Part shown: positions 10,199 through 20,600 of the stretch, piece after piece | How positions within the stretch are numbered: position 1 is the stretch's first letter | How the letters are laid out: every line of letters starts with the position of its first letter | Source: an uncultured Acidobacteriota bacterium | GTDB taxonomy: Bacteria; Acidobacteriota; Vicinamibacteria; Vicinamibacterales; CAVVIG01 | Direction of reading: 5' to 3' | Length of the DNA: 64,000 nt | NCBI GenBank assembly: GCA_963789075.1 | Contig: CAWBJQ010000003.1 | Span: 102,004-166,003 of the forward strand | Notes under the pieces: model-generated | Told to the model about the DNA's origin: nothing | What the model saw: the letters and a program-made list of their open reading frames with translations, nothing else | The model's database searches: none | Translations under genes and position numbers: made by a program

Positions 10199-12764
10199 AT
10201 GACAGACCAAGTATCAGCAACAAACCCCGTCAACATCGAAGACGAAATGAAGCGGTCGTACATGGATTACGCGATGAGCGTGATCATTGGACGAGCGCTG
10301 CCCGACGCCCGTGACGGGTTGAAGCCGGCGCACAGGCGCGTGCTGTACGGCATGAAGACCATGGGGCTGTCGGCCGGGCGCGGATACCGGAAGTGCGCCG
10401 AAGATCGTCGGCGAGGTGATGGGCAACTTCCATCCCCACGGCGACGCGTCGATCTACGACACGCTCGTCCGGTTGGCGCAGGACTTCAACATGCGCTACC
10501 CGACAGTCGACGGGCAGGGCAACTTCGGATCGATCGACGGCGACCGCCCCGCGGCGATGCGGTATACGGAGGCGCGCCTCAAGGCGCTCGCCGACGACAT
10601 GATGACGGATCTCGACAAGGAGACCGTCGACTTCACGCCGAACTACGACGAAACGAGCGAAGAGCCGACCGTCCTCCCGGCGCCGTTTCCGAATCTGCTC
10701 GTCAACGGGTCGGCCGGCATCGCCGTCGGCATGGCGACCAACGTCCCGCCGCACAACCTGCGGGAAGTGATCGACGCGTGCATCTGGCTGATCGAGAACA
10801 CGCACTTGAAGGCGTCGGACGAGGCGCAGGACTCAGGCGTCGCGCAGCCAGATGTGGCGCAGGACTTGAGTCCTGCCCGTGGTCCGCTCACGCGCGCCGA
10901 CAAGCTGCGGAATCTGATCCGCCTCGTTCCCGCCCCCGATTTCCCGACTGGCGCCTTCATCGTCGGCCGGCAGGGGGCCGTGCAGGCGTACATGACCGGT
11001 CGCGGCTCGATTCTGATGCGCGCGAAGTCGGAGATCGAGACGAACAAGAAAGGCGACCGCCAGGCGATCATCGTCACCGAAATTCCGTATCAGGTGAACA
11101 AGGCGAAGCTGATCGAGCGGATCGCCGACCTCGTGCGCGAGAAGACGATCGAGGGCATCTCCGATCTGCGCGACGAGTCCGATCGCGACGGGATGCGGAT
11201 CGTGATCGAGTTGAAGCGGGGCGAAGTGCCGGAGGTGGTGCTGAACAACCTCTACAAGCACACGCCGATGCAACTGAGCTTCGGCATCATCATGCTCGCG
11301 ATCGTCGGCGGGCGGCCGAAGGTGATGACGCTGCTCGAGCTGATCGAGACCTTCATCGACTTCCGGCGCGACGTGGTGCGGCGGCGGACGGAGTTCGAGC
11401 TGCGCAAAGCCGAGGCGCGGTATCACATCCTCGAGGGGCTGAAGATCGCGCTCGACCACCTCGACGCCGTGATCACCCTGATTCGCGAGTCGAAGACTGT
11501 GTCTGAGGCGCGCGATGGCCTGATGACGCAGTTCAGCCTGTCGCAGATTCAGTCCCAGGCGATCCTGGACATGCAGTTGCAGCGCCTGACCGGCCTGGAG
11601 CGCCAGAAGATTCTCGACGAGCTGGCCGAGCTGCTGAAGACGATCGAGCGGCTGCGCGCGATTCTGGCGAGCGAGCGACTGCTGATGCACATCATCGTCG
11701 ACGAGCTCAAGTCGGTGCGGGAGAATTACGGCGACGATCGCCGCACCGTCGTGATCGAAGGCGACGGTGAACTGAGCGTCGAGGAGCTGATCGCCGAAGA
11801 AGACATGGCGATCACGGTCAGCAACACGGGCTATATCAAACGGACGGCGATCTCGACGTACCGGAACCAGCGCCGCGGCGGCAAGGGGCGCATCGGCATG
11901 CGCACGCGCGCGGAGGACTTCGTCAGCCATCTGTTCGTTGCCTCGACGCACGCGTACATCATGATCTTCTCGGATCGCGGCCGGGCGTATTGGCTGAAGG
12001 TCCACGAGATTCCGGACGTCGGGCCGGACGGCAAGGGAAAGGCGATCGCGAACCTCGTGTCGATGGAAGAAGGCGAGCGCATCGCCGCCATGCTGGCGGT
12101 AAAGGAGTTCGAAGACGACAAGTTCGTCGTGATGGGCTCGCGCAAGGGCGCGATCAAGAAGACGCCGCTGTCGTCGTTCAGCAACCCGCGCGCCGGCGGA
12201 ATCATCGCGATGGGCGTCGAGGACGGTGACGCGGTCATCACCGTGCAGGTGACCGACGGCTCTGGCGAGATCTTCATCGGGACCCGGAACGGTGTGGCCA
12301 TCCGCTTCAAAGAGGGCGACGTCCGTTCGATGGGGCGTACCGCGTACGGCGTCCGCGGGATCTCGTTGCGAGACGATGATTACGTCGTGGCGATGGAGGT
12401 CGTGAAGCCGGGCGGCACGCTGCTCACCGTGACGGAGCGCGGCTACGGCAAGCGCACCGTGATCGGCGAGTATCGCCTGACGTCGCGCGGCGGTCTCGGC
12501 ATCATCGATATTCAGACATCCGACCGCAACGGGAAGGTCGTCGGCTTCACGTACGTGCACGAGGGTGACGAGCTGCTCGTCATCACACAGCAGGGGATGA
12601 TCCTGCGCATGCAGACCAATGACGTCCGGCTGATCGGCCGGGCGACACAGGGCGTGAAGCTGATCGATATCGAAGGGGACGACCAGGTCGTCTCGATCGC
12701 GCGACTCGTCGAAAAAGAAGAAGAAGAAGGCGAAGAGCCTGGCGCGCCGACTCCCGAGGAGTAG
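10199..12764 (+). CDS. gyrA: DNA gyrase subunit A (apparent frameshift at ~10398, probably a sequencing error)
   Basis: [24 protein letters not shown] in one frame; [17 protein letters not shown], GyrA-box QRRGGKG and CTD repeats in the next. Confidence 0.98.
10854..10876 (+). repeat. GTGG-type REP-like palindrome in frame within gyrA
   Basis: GTGGCGCAGGACTTGAGTCCTGC matches intergenic copies at 13203 and 33650; partial copy at 10821-10833; encodes VAQDLSPA. Confidence 0.88.
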
Positions 12765-12771
12765 CGCCGCG

Positions 12772-13143
12772 GTGAAGGCCCGTCTGGTCCTGATGATGGT
12801 CGCGCTTGGGCTGAGCGCGATCGCGTGCGCCGGCGGCTACGAACAGGCGCTGCTCGCGCAGTTCTTCACGGCGTCACGCCTGCTCGATCGCACCGCGCTG
12901 CAGAACGTGGCGACGGTGATCTTCGATCCGCGCACCGACGGCACGGTGCTCCGCTTCGACGTCGAACGCATCGTCCCGGAGGACCACAACGAGAAGCGCG
13001 TCACCGTCTCCGCGCGCGTGCACCTTCCGAACGGCGACACGGTTCAGCAGACCTTGGTCGTGACCATGCGTCGCGCTGATCCGGCAGTGGACAAAGGGAC
13101 GACGTCGCAATGGATTATCACCAAGGTCGCGAACGACAGGTAA
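12772..13143 (+). CDS. Hypothetical lipoprotein
   Basis: Signal peptide with lipobox-like AIAC; directly downstream of gyrA. Confidence 0.65.
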   Translation: MKARLVLMMVALGLSAIACAGGYEQALLAQFFTASRLLDRTALQNVATVIFDPRTDGTVLRFDVERIVPEDHNEKRVTVSARVHLPNGDTVQQTLVVTMRRADPAVDKGTTSQWIITKVANDR

Positions 13144-13226
13144 GCAGGTCTAAAGACCTGCGCCACGACAGTCTCGGTTCACGCCGGTCGCGCAGAGCAG
13201 TTGTGGCGCAGGACTTTTAGTCCTGC
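13144..13226. repeat. Inverted REP doublet between convergent genes
   Basis: GCAGGTCTAAAGACCTGCGCCAC (13144-13166, -) and GTGGCGCAGGACTTTTAGTCCTGC (13203-13226, +). Confidence 0.88.
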
Positions 13227-13231
13227 CTGAC

Positions 13232-15511
13232 TCAGGCCATCTGCAGCCGCGCGAACTTGGCGCGCAGCGTCTTCTGGCCGACATCTGCGAACCGTACGAC
13301 GAGCTTGGTGTCATCGTCCAGCGCTTCGACGCTGATCACGGTGCCGATGCCGAATTGCAGGTGCCGGACTTTCATCCCCGGCCGCAGCGCCAGCCCGGTC
13401 GATTGATCCTCGTCCTCGTACGAATACGGCGCCGGTTCTTCGCGCGCGCGCGAGCCGCGCCGGCCGCCGTGTCCGTACGGGTTCGTGCGGAACTCGTAGT
13501 GCGCGAAGGCGCCCTGGCGCCCCGGTGAATAGGCGGGGGCGATGCGGTCCACCAGCTCGGCGGGCACCTCGTCGATGAACCGGGACGGCTCGCTCGACTG
13601 ATATTCGCCGAAGATGCGCCGCCGTGCCGCGCCAGTCAGCACGAGCTGCGCCCGGGCGCGCGTCATCCCGACGTAGCAGAGCCGCCGCTCTTCTTCGAGC
13701 TCCTCCTCGTCGTCTCGCGATCGCGAGTGCGGAAAGAGGCCCTCCTCGAGCCCGGCGAGGATCACCACGGGGAACTCGAGGCCCTTTGCGCTGTGCAGCG
13801 TCATCATCCAGACGCGGGCGTCGCGGGTCCCTGCTTCCTCGTCGGCATCCGACAGCAGCGACAGCCGATCGACGAAGCCGTTCAGCGTGGGCTCCGTCTC
13901 GCGGCCTTCGTATTCGCGCGCGGCGGACACGAGCTCGGCCAGGTTCTCGACGCGGCCGTCGGCCTCTTCGCTGCGCTCGTCGCGCAGGTCCTGCAGATAG
14001 CCGCTTTGGTCGAGCATCTTGCCGATCGCAATGGACACCGGCTCCTGCCGCGCCACCTCGGTGAGCCTGACGATCAGATCGCGGAACGTCGCAAGCGACG
14101 CGGCCGCGCGTCCGGTGAAGGCGCGCTCCTCGAGGCCGCGCACGAGGCGCGTCCACAGGGAGTTCGCCGACAGCGCCGGCGCGAGGCCGGCGGCCAGCAG
14201 CGGCAGATCCTCGTGGGTGACGTTGGGCGAGATCTTCTCGATCGCATCCATCACGCCCTTGCCGATGCCGCGCGCCGGCACGTTGATCACCCGCCGCAGG
14301 CTCACATCGTCGTGCGGGTTGATGACGAGGCGCATGTAGGCGAGCGCGTCCTTCACTTCCTTCCGCTCATAGAAGCGAACACCGCCGATCACCTTGTACG
14401 CGACACCCTCGCGCATGAGGGCGTCTTCAATCGCACGCGACTGGGCGTTGGTGCGATAGAGCACCGCGACCATGGCCTCAACATCGTCGGCCAGCGCCGT
14501 GCGCGCGGTGCGCGTGATGAAGTCGGCCTCCTCGAGCTCGTCGGCACCGCGGAAGTACGCGATACGCGCGCCGCCTTTGCGGTCGGTCCAGAGGTGCTTG
14601 TCCTTGCGATTGCGGTTCTGGCTGATCACAGCGGAAGCCGCGTCGAGAATCACCTGCGTCGAGCGATAGTTCCGTTCGAGCTTGACGATCTTCGCTTCGC
14701 CGAAATCCTGCTCGAAGTCGAGAATATTGCGCAGGTCGGCGCCACGCCACTTGTAAATCGACTGATCGGGATCGCCGACGACGCAGAGATTGCGATGGAC
14801 CTCGGCGAGACGCCGGATCAGCAGGTACTGCGGCCGATTAGTGTCCTGGTATTCGTCCACCATCACGAAGCGGAACTGCTCGGCGTATTTCCGCCGGACC
14901 CGTTCTGACTGCTCGAAGACGTCGACCGTTTTCAGCAGGAGGTCGTCGAAATCGAGCGCGTTGCACTCCGTGAGCGCGTTGAGATAGTAGGCGTAGACCT
15001 TGGCGATCTGTTCGTCGCGACGGTTCCAGCCCGCTGCGTTCGCGATCGCGTCGGGACCCTCCATGCGGTTCTTCGCGCTGCTGATGCGCGACAGCGCGGC
15101 GCGCGGCTGGATGAAGCTGTCGTCGATCTGCAGCGACTTCAGCGCCTGCTTGACGACCGTCAGCTGATCGGAGGAGTCGTAAATGACGAAATCACGCGAG
15201 AGACCGATCGCCGGGGCTTCGCGGCGCAGCAGCCGAGCGCAGAGCGCGTGGAACGTCGACACCCACATGCCGGTGACGTCTGAGCCGAGCAGCGACTCGA
15301 CGCGCGCACGCATTTCCTCGGCGGCTTTGTTGGTGAAGGTGACGGCGAGCACTTCGTGCGGCTTGGCGTGGCCGTCGCCGACGAGATACGCGATCCGGCT
15401 CGTGATCACGCGCGTCTTGCCGGATCCCGCGCCGGCCAGGATGAGCAGCGGCCCGCTGGTGTGCAGGACAGCTTCGCGCTGTTCGGGGTTGAGCGTTTCG
15501 AGAAAGTGCAT
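13232..15511 (-). CDS. pcrA: ATP-dependent DNA helicase PcrA/UvrD
   Basis: ILAGAGSGKT, VDEYQDTN, VGDPDQSIY, LERNYRS, TLHSAKGLEF, EERRLCYVGMTRA, C-terminal Tudor-like domain. Confidence 0.96.
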   Translation of the reverse strand: MHFLETLNPEQREAVLHTSGPLLILAGAGSGKTRVITSRIAYLVGDGHAKPHEVLAVTFTNKAAEEMRARVESLLGSDVTGMWVSTFHALCARLLRREAPAIGLSRDFVIYDSSDQLTVVKQALKSLQIDDSFIQPRAALSRISSAKNRMEGPDAIANAAGWNRRDEQIAKVYAYYLNALTECNALDFDDLLLKTVDVFEQSERVRRKYAEQFRFVMVDEYQDTNRPQYLLIRRLAEVHRNLCVVGDPDQSIYKWRGADLRNILDFEQDFGEAKIVKLERNYRSTQVILDAASAVISQNRNRKDKHLWTDRKGGARIAYFRGADELEEADFITRTARTALADDVEAMVAVLYRTNAQSRAIEDALMREGVAYKVIGGVRFYERKEVKDALAYMRLVINPHDDVSLRRVINVPARGIGKGVMDAIEKISPNVTHEDLPLLAAGLAPALSANSLWTRLVRGLEERAFTGRAAASLATFRDLIVRLTEVARQEPVSIAIGKMLDQSGYLQDLRDERSEEADGRVENLAELVSAAREYEGRETEPTLNGFVDRLSLLSDADEEAGTRDARVWMMTLHSAKGLEFPVVILAGLEEGLFPHSRSRDDEEELEEERRLCYVGMTRARAQLVLTGAARRRIFGEYQSSEPSRFIDEVPAELVDRIAPAYSPGRQGAFAHYEFRTNPYGHGGRRGSRAREEPAPYSYEDEDQSTGLALRPGMKVRHLQFGIGTVISVEALDDDTKLVVRFADVGQKTLRAKFARLQMA

Positions 15512-15539
15512 GGGGGTCAGGGATCGGGATCCCTGTCCC

Positions 15540-17385
15540 CTATTCTACAGTCACCGACTTCGCGAGGTTCCGCGGCTGATCGACGTCGCAGCCGCGGCGG
15601 ACGGCGATGTCGTACGCGAGGAGCTGCAGCGGCACGACCATGACAATCGGCATGAGCAGCGCGGGCGCCTGCGGCAGCTCGAGCACGACATCGCGTTCGC
15701 GATCGAGGATCGACGCCAGCTTCTGGTCGCCGCGGGTCGTGAGGACGATCACCGATCCACCTCTCGCCTTCACTTCCTGCATGTTGCCGATCATCTTCTC
15801 GAACACGGCGTCGTGCGGCGCGAGCGTCACGACCGGCATCCGCTCGTCGATCAGCGCGATGGGCCCGTGCTTCATCTCGCCGGCCGGATAGCCTTCGGCG
15901 TGGATGTAGGAGATCTCTTTCAGTTTGAGCGCGCCTTCGAGCGCGATCGGATAGTTGATGCCGCGGCCGAGATACAGAAAATCGGTACGCGCCTGAAAGC
16001 GGCCGGCAATCTCTTCGATCTGCGGCGCAAGCTTCAGCGTCTGCTCGAGCAGCAGCGGCAGCTGCAGCAGCGCGTCGATGTGTGGCTTGGACTGCTCCGG
16101 CGACAGCACGCCACGCGCCTGTCCGAGGCGCAGCCCGAGCAGGTACAGCGCGACCAGCTGCGAGGTGAACGCCTTGGTCGAGGCCACGCCGATCTCCGGC
16201 CCTGCGTGCGTGTAGATCGTGCCGTCGGTCTCCCGCGTCGCCATGCTGCCGACCACGTTGCAGATGGACACGCTGCTGGCACCGCCGTGCTTCGCCTCGC
16301 GCAGCGCCGCCAGCGTATCGGCGGTTTCGCCGGACTGCGTAATGACGATGGCCAGCGTGTTCTTCGGCACGATCGGCTGGCGGTAGCGGTACTCCGATCC
16401 GTAGTCCACTTCCACCGGTACGCGCGCCAGCTGCTCGAGCATGTACTTGCCGACGAGGCCGGCGTGCCAGGAGGTGCCGCAGGCGAGGATCATGACGTGC
16501 TCGACCGCCGCGAGCTGCGCGTCGGTGATTTTCATCTCTTCGAGGAACACCTTGCCGGTGTCCTGCGACACGCGCCCGAGAATCGTCTCGCGCGCCGCGG
16601 TCGGCTGCTCGAAGATCTCCTTGAGCATGAAGTGCTTGTAGCCCGCCTTCTCCGCCATGATCGGATCCCACAGCACGCGCTGTGTCGCTTTGGACACCGG
16701 GCGGCCGAAGAAATCCGTGAACTCGACGCCGGTGCGCGTGATGATCGCCATCTCCTCGTCGCCAAGAAAGACGACATCGCGTGTGTGGCTGAGAATGGCG
16801 GGAATGTCTGAGGCGACGAAGAACTCGCCGTCGCCCAACCCCACGACGATCGGCGGGCCGTTGCGGACCGTGACGATCTTCTCCGGATCGTCGGCGGAGA
16901 TCAGCACGAGCGCAAAGAGGCCGCGCATCAGCATGCAGCGCGCGGCGTACCGCGTTCTCGAGGCCGTCGCTCTTCATCTCCCGCTCGACCAGATGCGCGA
17001 CGATCTCGGTGTCGGTTTCGGTGACGAACGTGTGGCCCTGCGCCTGGAGCTCGAGCTTCAGATCGAGATAGTTCTCGATGATGCCGTTGTGGACCACGAC
17101 AATCTTGCCGGTGCAGTCGCGATGCGGGTGCGCATTTTCCTCGGTGGGACGGCCGTGCGTGGCCCAGCGCGTGTGGCCGACGCCGTAGTCCCCCTTGATC
17201 GGATTCAGCTTGATCACGTCCTCGAGGCGCGAGAGCTTGCCGGCGCTGCGCCGCAGATCCATCGCACCGTCGTGCACGACCGCCACGCCCGCCGAGTCGT
17301 AGCCGCGATATTCAAGCCGCCGCAGCCCGTCGATCAGCACGGGCACGACGTCCTTTGGTCCGATGTAGCCGATGATTCCACACAT
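15540..17385 (-). CDS. glmS: Glutamine--fructose-6-phosphate aminotransferase (frameshift ~16935, probably an error)
   Basis: MCGIIGY N-terminus, [19 protein letters not shown]; C-terminal [13 protein letters not shown]. Confidence 0.97.
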
Positions 17386-17399
17386 TGTTGATCCTTGTC

Positions 17400-17420
17400 G
17401 GGATTTGGGATTTGGGATTC
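17400..17420. repeat. 7-bp tandem repeat (GGGATTT)x3 between glmU and glmS
   Basis: Read directly; related heptamers at 15513-15540 and 22256-22290. Confidence 0.75.
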
Positions 17421-17425
17421 GGTCG

Positions 17426-18811
17426 TCAGTCCTTTTTCTTGCTCTTCCGCTCCGCGACCCATCCCTCGATCGTCCGCTGGTTCCCGGCGCTGACGGCGAG
17501 GGCGCCGGCCGGCACGTCGGCGCGAACCGTGGTGCCGCTGCCGACATACGCGCCCTGGCCGATGGTCACCGGCGCGATCAACTGCGAGTCGCTGCCGATG
17601 AACGCACCATCCTCGATGATCGTCTTGTTCTTCGTGACGCCGTCGTAGTTGCAGGTGATCGTACCGGCGCCGATATTCACCTTCTCGCCGATCGTCGCGT
17701 CGCCGAGATAGGCGAGGTGCATCGCCTTGGAGCCGGCCCCGAGCGCAGTGTTCTTCAACTCGACGAAGTTGCCGGCCTTCGCACGTTCGCGTACGCGCGA
17801 GTGAGCGCGCAGATGCGCGAAGGGCCCGACGCTGGCGCCCGCGTCAAGCGTTGAGTGTGTGATGACGCAGTGATTCAGCACCGTCACGCCGTCGCCAATC
17901 CTCGAATCCACGATGCGCACGCCACTGTGAATCTCGCAGCCGGCGCCGATGACGGTGTTCCCTTCCAGCGATACGTTCGGATGCAGAATGGTGTCGGGAC
18001 CCACCGCGACGTCGCGGCCCACGTACGTGGTCGCCGGATCTTCGAGCGTGACGCCCGACGCCATCAACGCGGCGTTCTTCTGTTCGCGCATCACGCGGCT
18101 CATGTCGGCCAGCTCGGCCCGGCTGTTGATGCCGCGTATTTCGTCCGGGTTGGTCACCGTCAACGTTTCAACTCCAAGGCCTTTCGCGCGGTAGATAGCG
18201 ATGAGATCCGGCAGGTAGTACTCGCGCTGCGCGTTTTCGGCGGCGATGCCGCGAATCGCATCGAACAGACCGTCCAGGGCGAAGGCGTAGATTCCCGAAT
18301 TGATCTCGCGGACTTCGCGTTCCGTCGAGCTGGCGTCCTTCTCCTCGACAATACGTGCAATACGCTCGCCGGATCGGACGATGCGCCCGTATCCGTGCGG
18401 ATCGTCCACCACCGCCGTGACCACCGTGGCCGACGCACCGGTTTTCTCATGGTGATCCACCAACTGCTGCAGTGTCTGCGGTGACAGCATCGGCACGTCG
18501 CCCGAGAGCAACACGACGGTACCGGTCGCGCCGCGCAGCGCGCCCTCCGTCGTCAGAAGCGCGTGCGCCGTTCCAAGTTGTGGCTCCTGAACCACGAAGG
18601 TGAGTCCCGGCCTTCCATCGAGCGTCCGCCGCAGCGCGTCAGCCTGATGCCCGACGACGACGAGGGTGCTGCGTGGATGGAGCACGGCGGCAGTTTGCAG
18701 CACGAGGTCGATCATGGGTGCGCCGGACACCCGGTGGACCACCTTTGGCAGCGCAGACTTCATGCGCGTGCCCTTGCCTGCGGCGAGGACGACGATGTGG
18801 ACGTCGGACAT
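17426..18811 (-). CDS. glmU: Bifunctional UDP-GlcNAc pyrophosphorylase / glucosamine-1-P acetyltransferase
   Basis: [16 protein letters not shown], hexapeptide repeats, [13 protein letters not shown]. Confidence 0.98.
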   Translation of the reverse strand: MSDVHIVVLAAGKGTRMKSALPKVVHRVSGAPMIDLVLQTAAVLHPRSTLVVVGHQADALRRTLDGRPGLTFVVQEPQLGTAHALLTTEGALRGATGTVVLLSGDVPMLSPQTLQQLVDHHEKTGASATVVTAVVDDPHGYGRIVRSGERIARIVEEKDASSTEREVREINSGIYAFALDGLFDAIRGIAAENAQREYYLPDLIAIYRAKGLGVETLTVTNPDEIRGINSRAELADMSRVMREQKNAALMASGVTLEDPATTYVGRDVAVGPDTILHPNVSLEGNTVIGAGCEIHSGVRIVDSRIGDGVTVLNHCVITHSTLDAGASVGPFAHLRAHSRVRERAKAGNFVELKNTALGAGSKAMHLAYLGDATIGEKVNIGAGTITCNYDGVTKNKTIIEDGAFIGSDSQLIAPVTIGQGAYVGSGTTVRADVPAGALAVSAGNQRTIEGWVAERKSKKKD

Positions 18812-18822
18812 GACGTCGTTGA

Positions 18823-19521
18823 TTATCGCGCTGTTCTGGTCCGGATCGTCGGTCGGCGTGCGTGGTGCGGGAGCGGCGCCGTGTCGAGCGCGCTGCGGAA
18901 CGACTCGTGGCCGCGCAGCGGCTCGAGATCCGGGTCGCGCTTGGCCAGGCCGCGGTTCTCCGGATTGAGCGCGATGGCGCGTTCGAGGTGCGCAATCGCT
19001 TCTGCGTGCTCGCCCCGCTGCGCGTGGGCGACGGCGAGCATGTAAAGCGCGTGATCGTTATCGGGATCTTCGTCGCGCACCAGCCGCAGGTGCGCGATCG
19101 CCTGATCGTATTTCCCGCCGTTGATCGCGAGCGTGGACGCGTACAACCGCTCGTCAATCGTCTGGGGACCGGCTTCGTGAGGTGAAGCGTGCCGCTCGCA
19201 GATGTTCAGATACAGGCGCACGCGTTCGTGGAGCTCTTTTTCCTCGGGATACTGCTGGAGCACGGATTTGAGCAGCTGAGCGGCTCCGGCGTAGTCGTGC
19301 CGCTGCAGCGCCTCCAGCCCGCGCTCGTACAACGCAACCGCGTCGGCGTAGCCGGCCCGGCGAGCCTGGCCCGCTGCCGGGCCGGCACTCGCCGGGGCAG
19401 CACTCTGCGGCCTCCCGGTCGAGCCGGAAGAAGCAGAGCCTGCAGGGTGCGCAGGACTTGCCGATGATGCTATGGCTTGCGCCTTAGTTGACTTGGGCTG
19501 CGGCCGCCGTTGCTTCGCCAT
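18823..19521 (-). CDS. Tetratricopeptide repeat protein
   Basis: TPR helices (ALYMLAVAHAQRGEHAEAIAHLERAIALNP) and a low-complexity N-terminus. Confidence 0.8.
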   Translation of the reverse strand: MAKQRRPQPKSTKAQAIASSASPAHPAGSASSGSTGRPQSAAPASAGPAAGQARRAGYADAVALYERGLEALQRHDYAGAAQLLKSVLQQYPEEKELHERVRLYLNICERHASPHEAGPQTIDERLYASTLAINGGKYDQAIAHLRLVRDEDPDNDHALYMLAVAHAQRGEHAEAIAHLERAIALNPENRGLAKRDPDLEPLRGHESFRSALDTAPLPHHARRPTIRTRTAR

Positions 19522-19650
19522 GAAACTCCTGCGCGCGAGGGACGCGGAGCGAGTGTTTCGCGCCGAAAGCGGGCGGTAAGGTAACAGAAGGGTCGAAGCT
19601 GGTCAAGCGGAGGGCTGAACCGCGCGAAAACAGGCGCAATTTTGCGCTGG

Positions 19651-20499
19651 TCATTCAACCAATTTCTTAGCCCGCTCGATCGCGGTGTACACGTCGTTAG
19701 GCGTCATTCCATATTTCTCAGCCAACGAGATCAGAACCTTCCGGCGTGACAGGCCGGCTGATTTGGTCGACAGACCAAATTCTGAAAGGATGCGGCTGTC
19801 TGGCGGAGGTTCGTCCTTGTTAGTTATGGTCATTCGACCAATTAATAGCACGACCGTAAACTCGCCTTTCGGCTCTGTCAGGCACTCGAGAGCGAATGAT
19901 ATTGGTCCTCTGACCAATTCTTCATGCTTCTTCGTAAGCTCACGTCCAATAACCAGTTGGGTGTCGCCAACGGCGGTCAGCAGGTCCGCCAGCGTTCTGC
20001 GGATCCTGTGTGGGGCCTCGTAAAAAACCACGACCGGGCCTGAGGTGCGCAGCCGATCAAGCCAGAGTTTTCTGTCTTTCGACCTAGTCGGCGGGAACCC
20101 GAGAAACGTGAACGCCTCCGTCTCGAACCCAGAAACCGCCAATGTGGCAATGGCTGCGTTCGGGCCGGGAACCGGCTCCACGCGAATGCCGGCCGTAAGC
20201 GCCTCCCGAATCAGATGGTTGCCCGGATCGGAGATCGTTGGCGTTCCCGCATCGGAAACCAACGCCACCGACTCGCCGGCCGCCAGGCGGGCGACCAGGG
20301 CGGCGGTCTTCCGTCCTTCGTTGTGCTCATGCAGACTCGTGGTCGGCGTCTGAATCGCGTAGCGAGCGAGCAGATGGCTGGTCCGGCGCGTATCTTCGGC
20401 CGCGATCAGCGTCGCTTCGCGCAGGACCCGCAGCGCGCGCATCGTAATGTCTTCGAGATTTCCGATGGGTGTGGCGACCACGAACAGCGTGCCGGGCAT
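19651..20499 (-). CDS. rsmI: 16S rRNA C1402 2'-O-methyltransferase RsmI
   Basis: LFVVATPIGNLEDIT, AAEDTR, LVSDAGTPTISDPG, FYEAPHR, RELTK.HEE. Confidence 0.96.
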   Translation of the reverse strand: MPGTLFVVATPIGNLEDITMRALRVLREATLIAAEDTRRTSHLLARYAIQTPTTSLHEHNEGRKTAALVARLAAGESVALVSDAGTPTISDPGNHLIREALTAGIRVEPVPGPNAAIATLAVSGFETEAFTFLGFPPTRSKDRKLWLDRLRTSGPVVVFYEAPHRIRRTLADLLTAVGDTQLVIGRELTKKHEELVRGPISFALECLTEPKGEFTVVLLIGRMTITNKDEPPPDSRILSEFGLSTKSAGLSRRKVLISLAEKYGMTPNDVYTAIERAKKLVE

Positions 20500-20600
20500 T
20501 AGAGGGGACGGTTTATTGTACCATTGGCGGATCTAGCCGACGGATCCCGCCGACGCCAGCTCGTCCGGCTGACTCCGGCCACAACAACGCTTGCGAACTC

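Noticed and set aside
17386-17425. glmS ribozyme upstream of glmS
   Set aside because: The gap is only 40 nt and is filled by a heptamer repeat.
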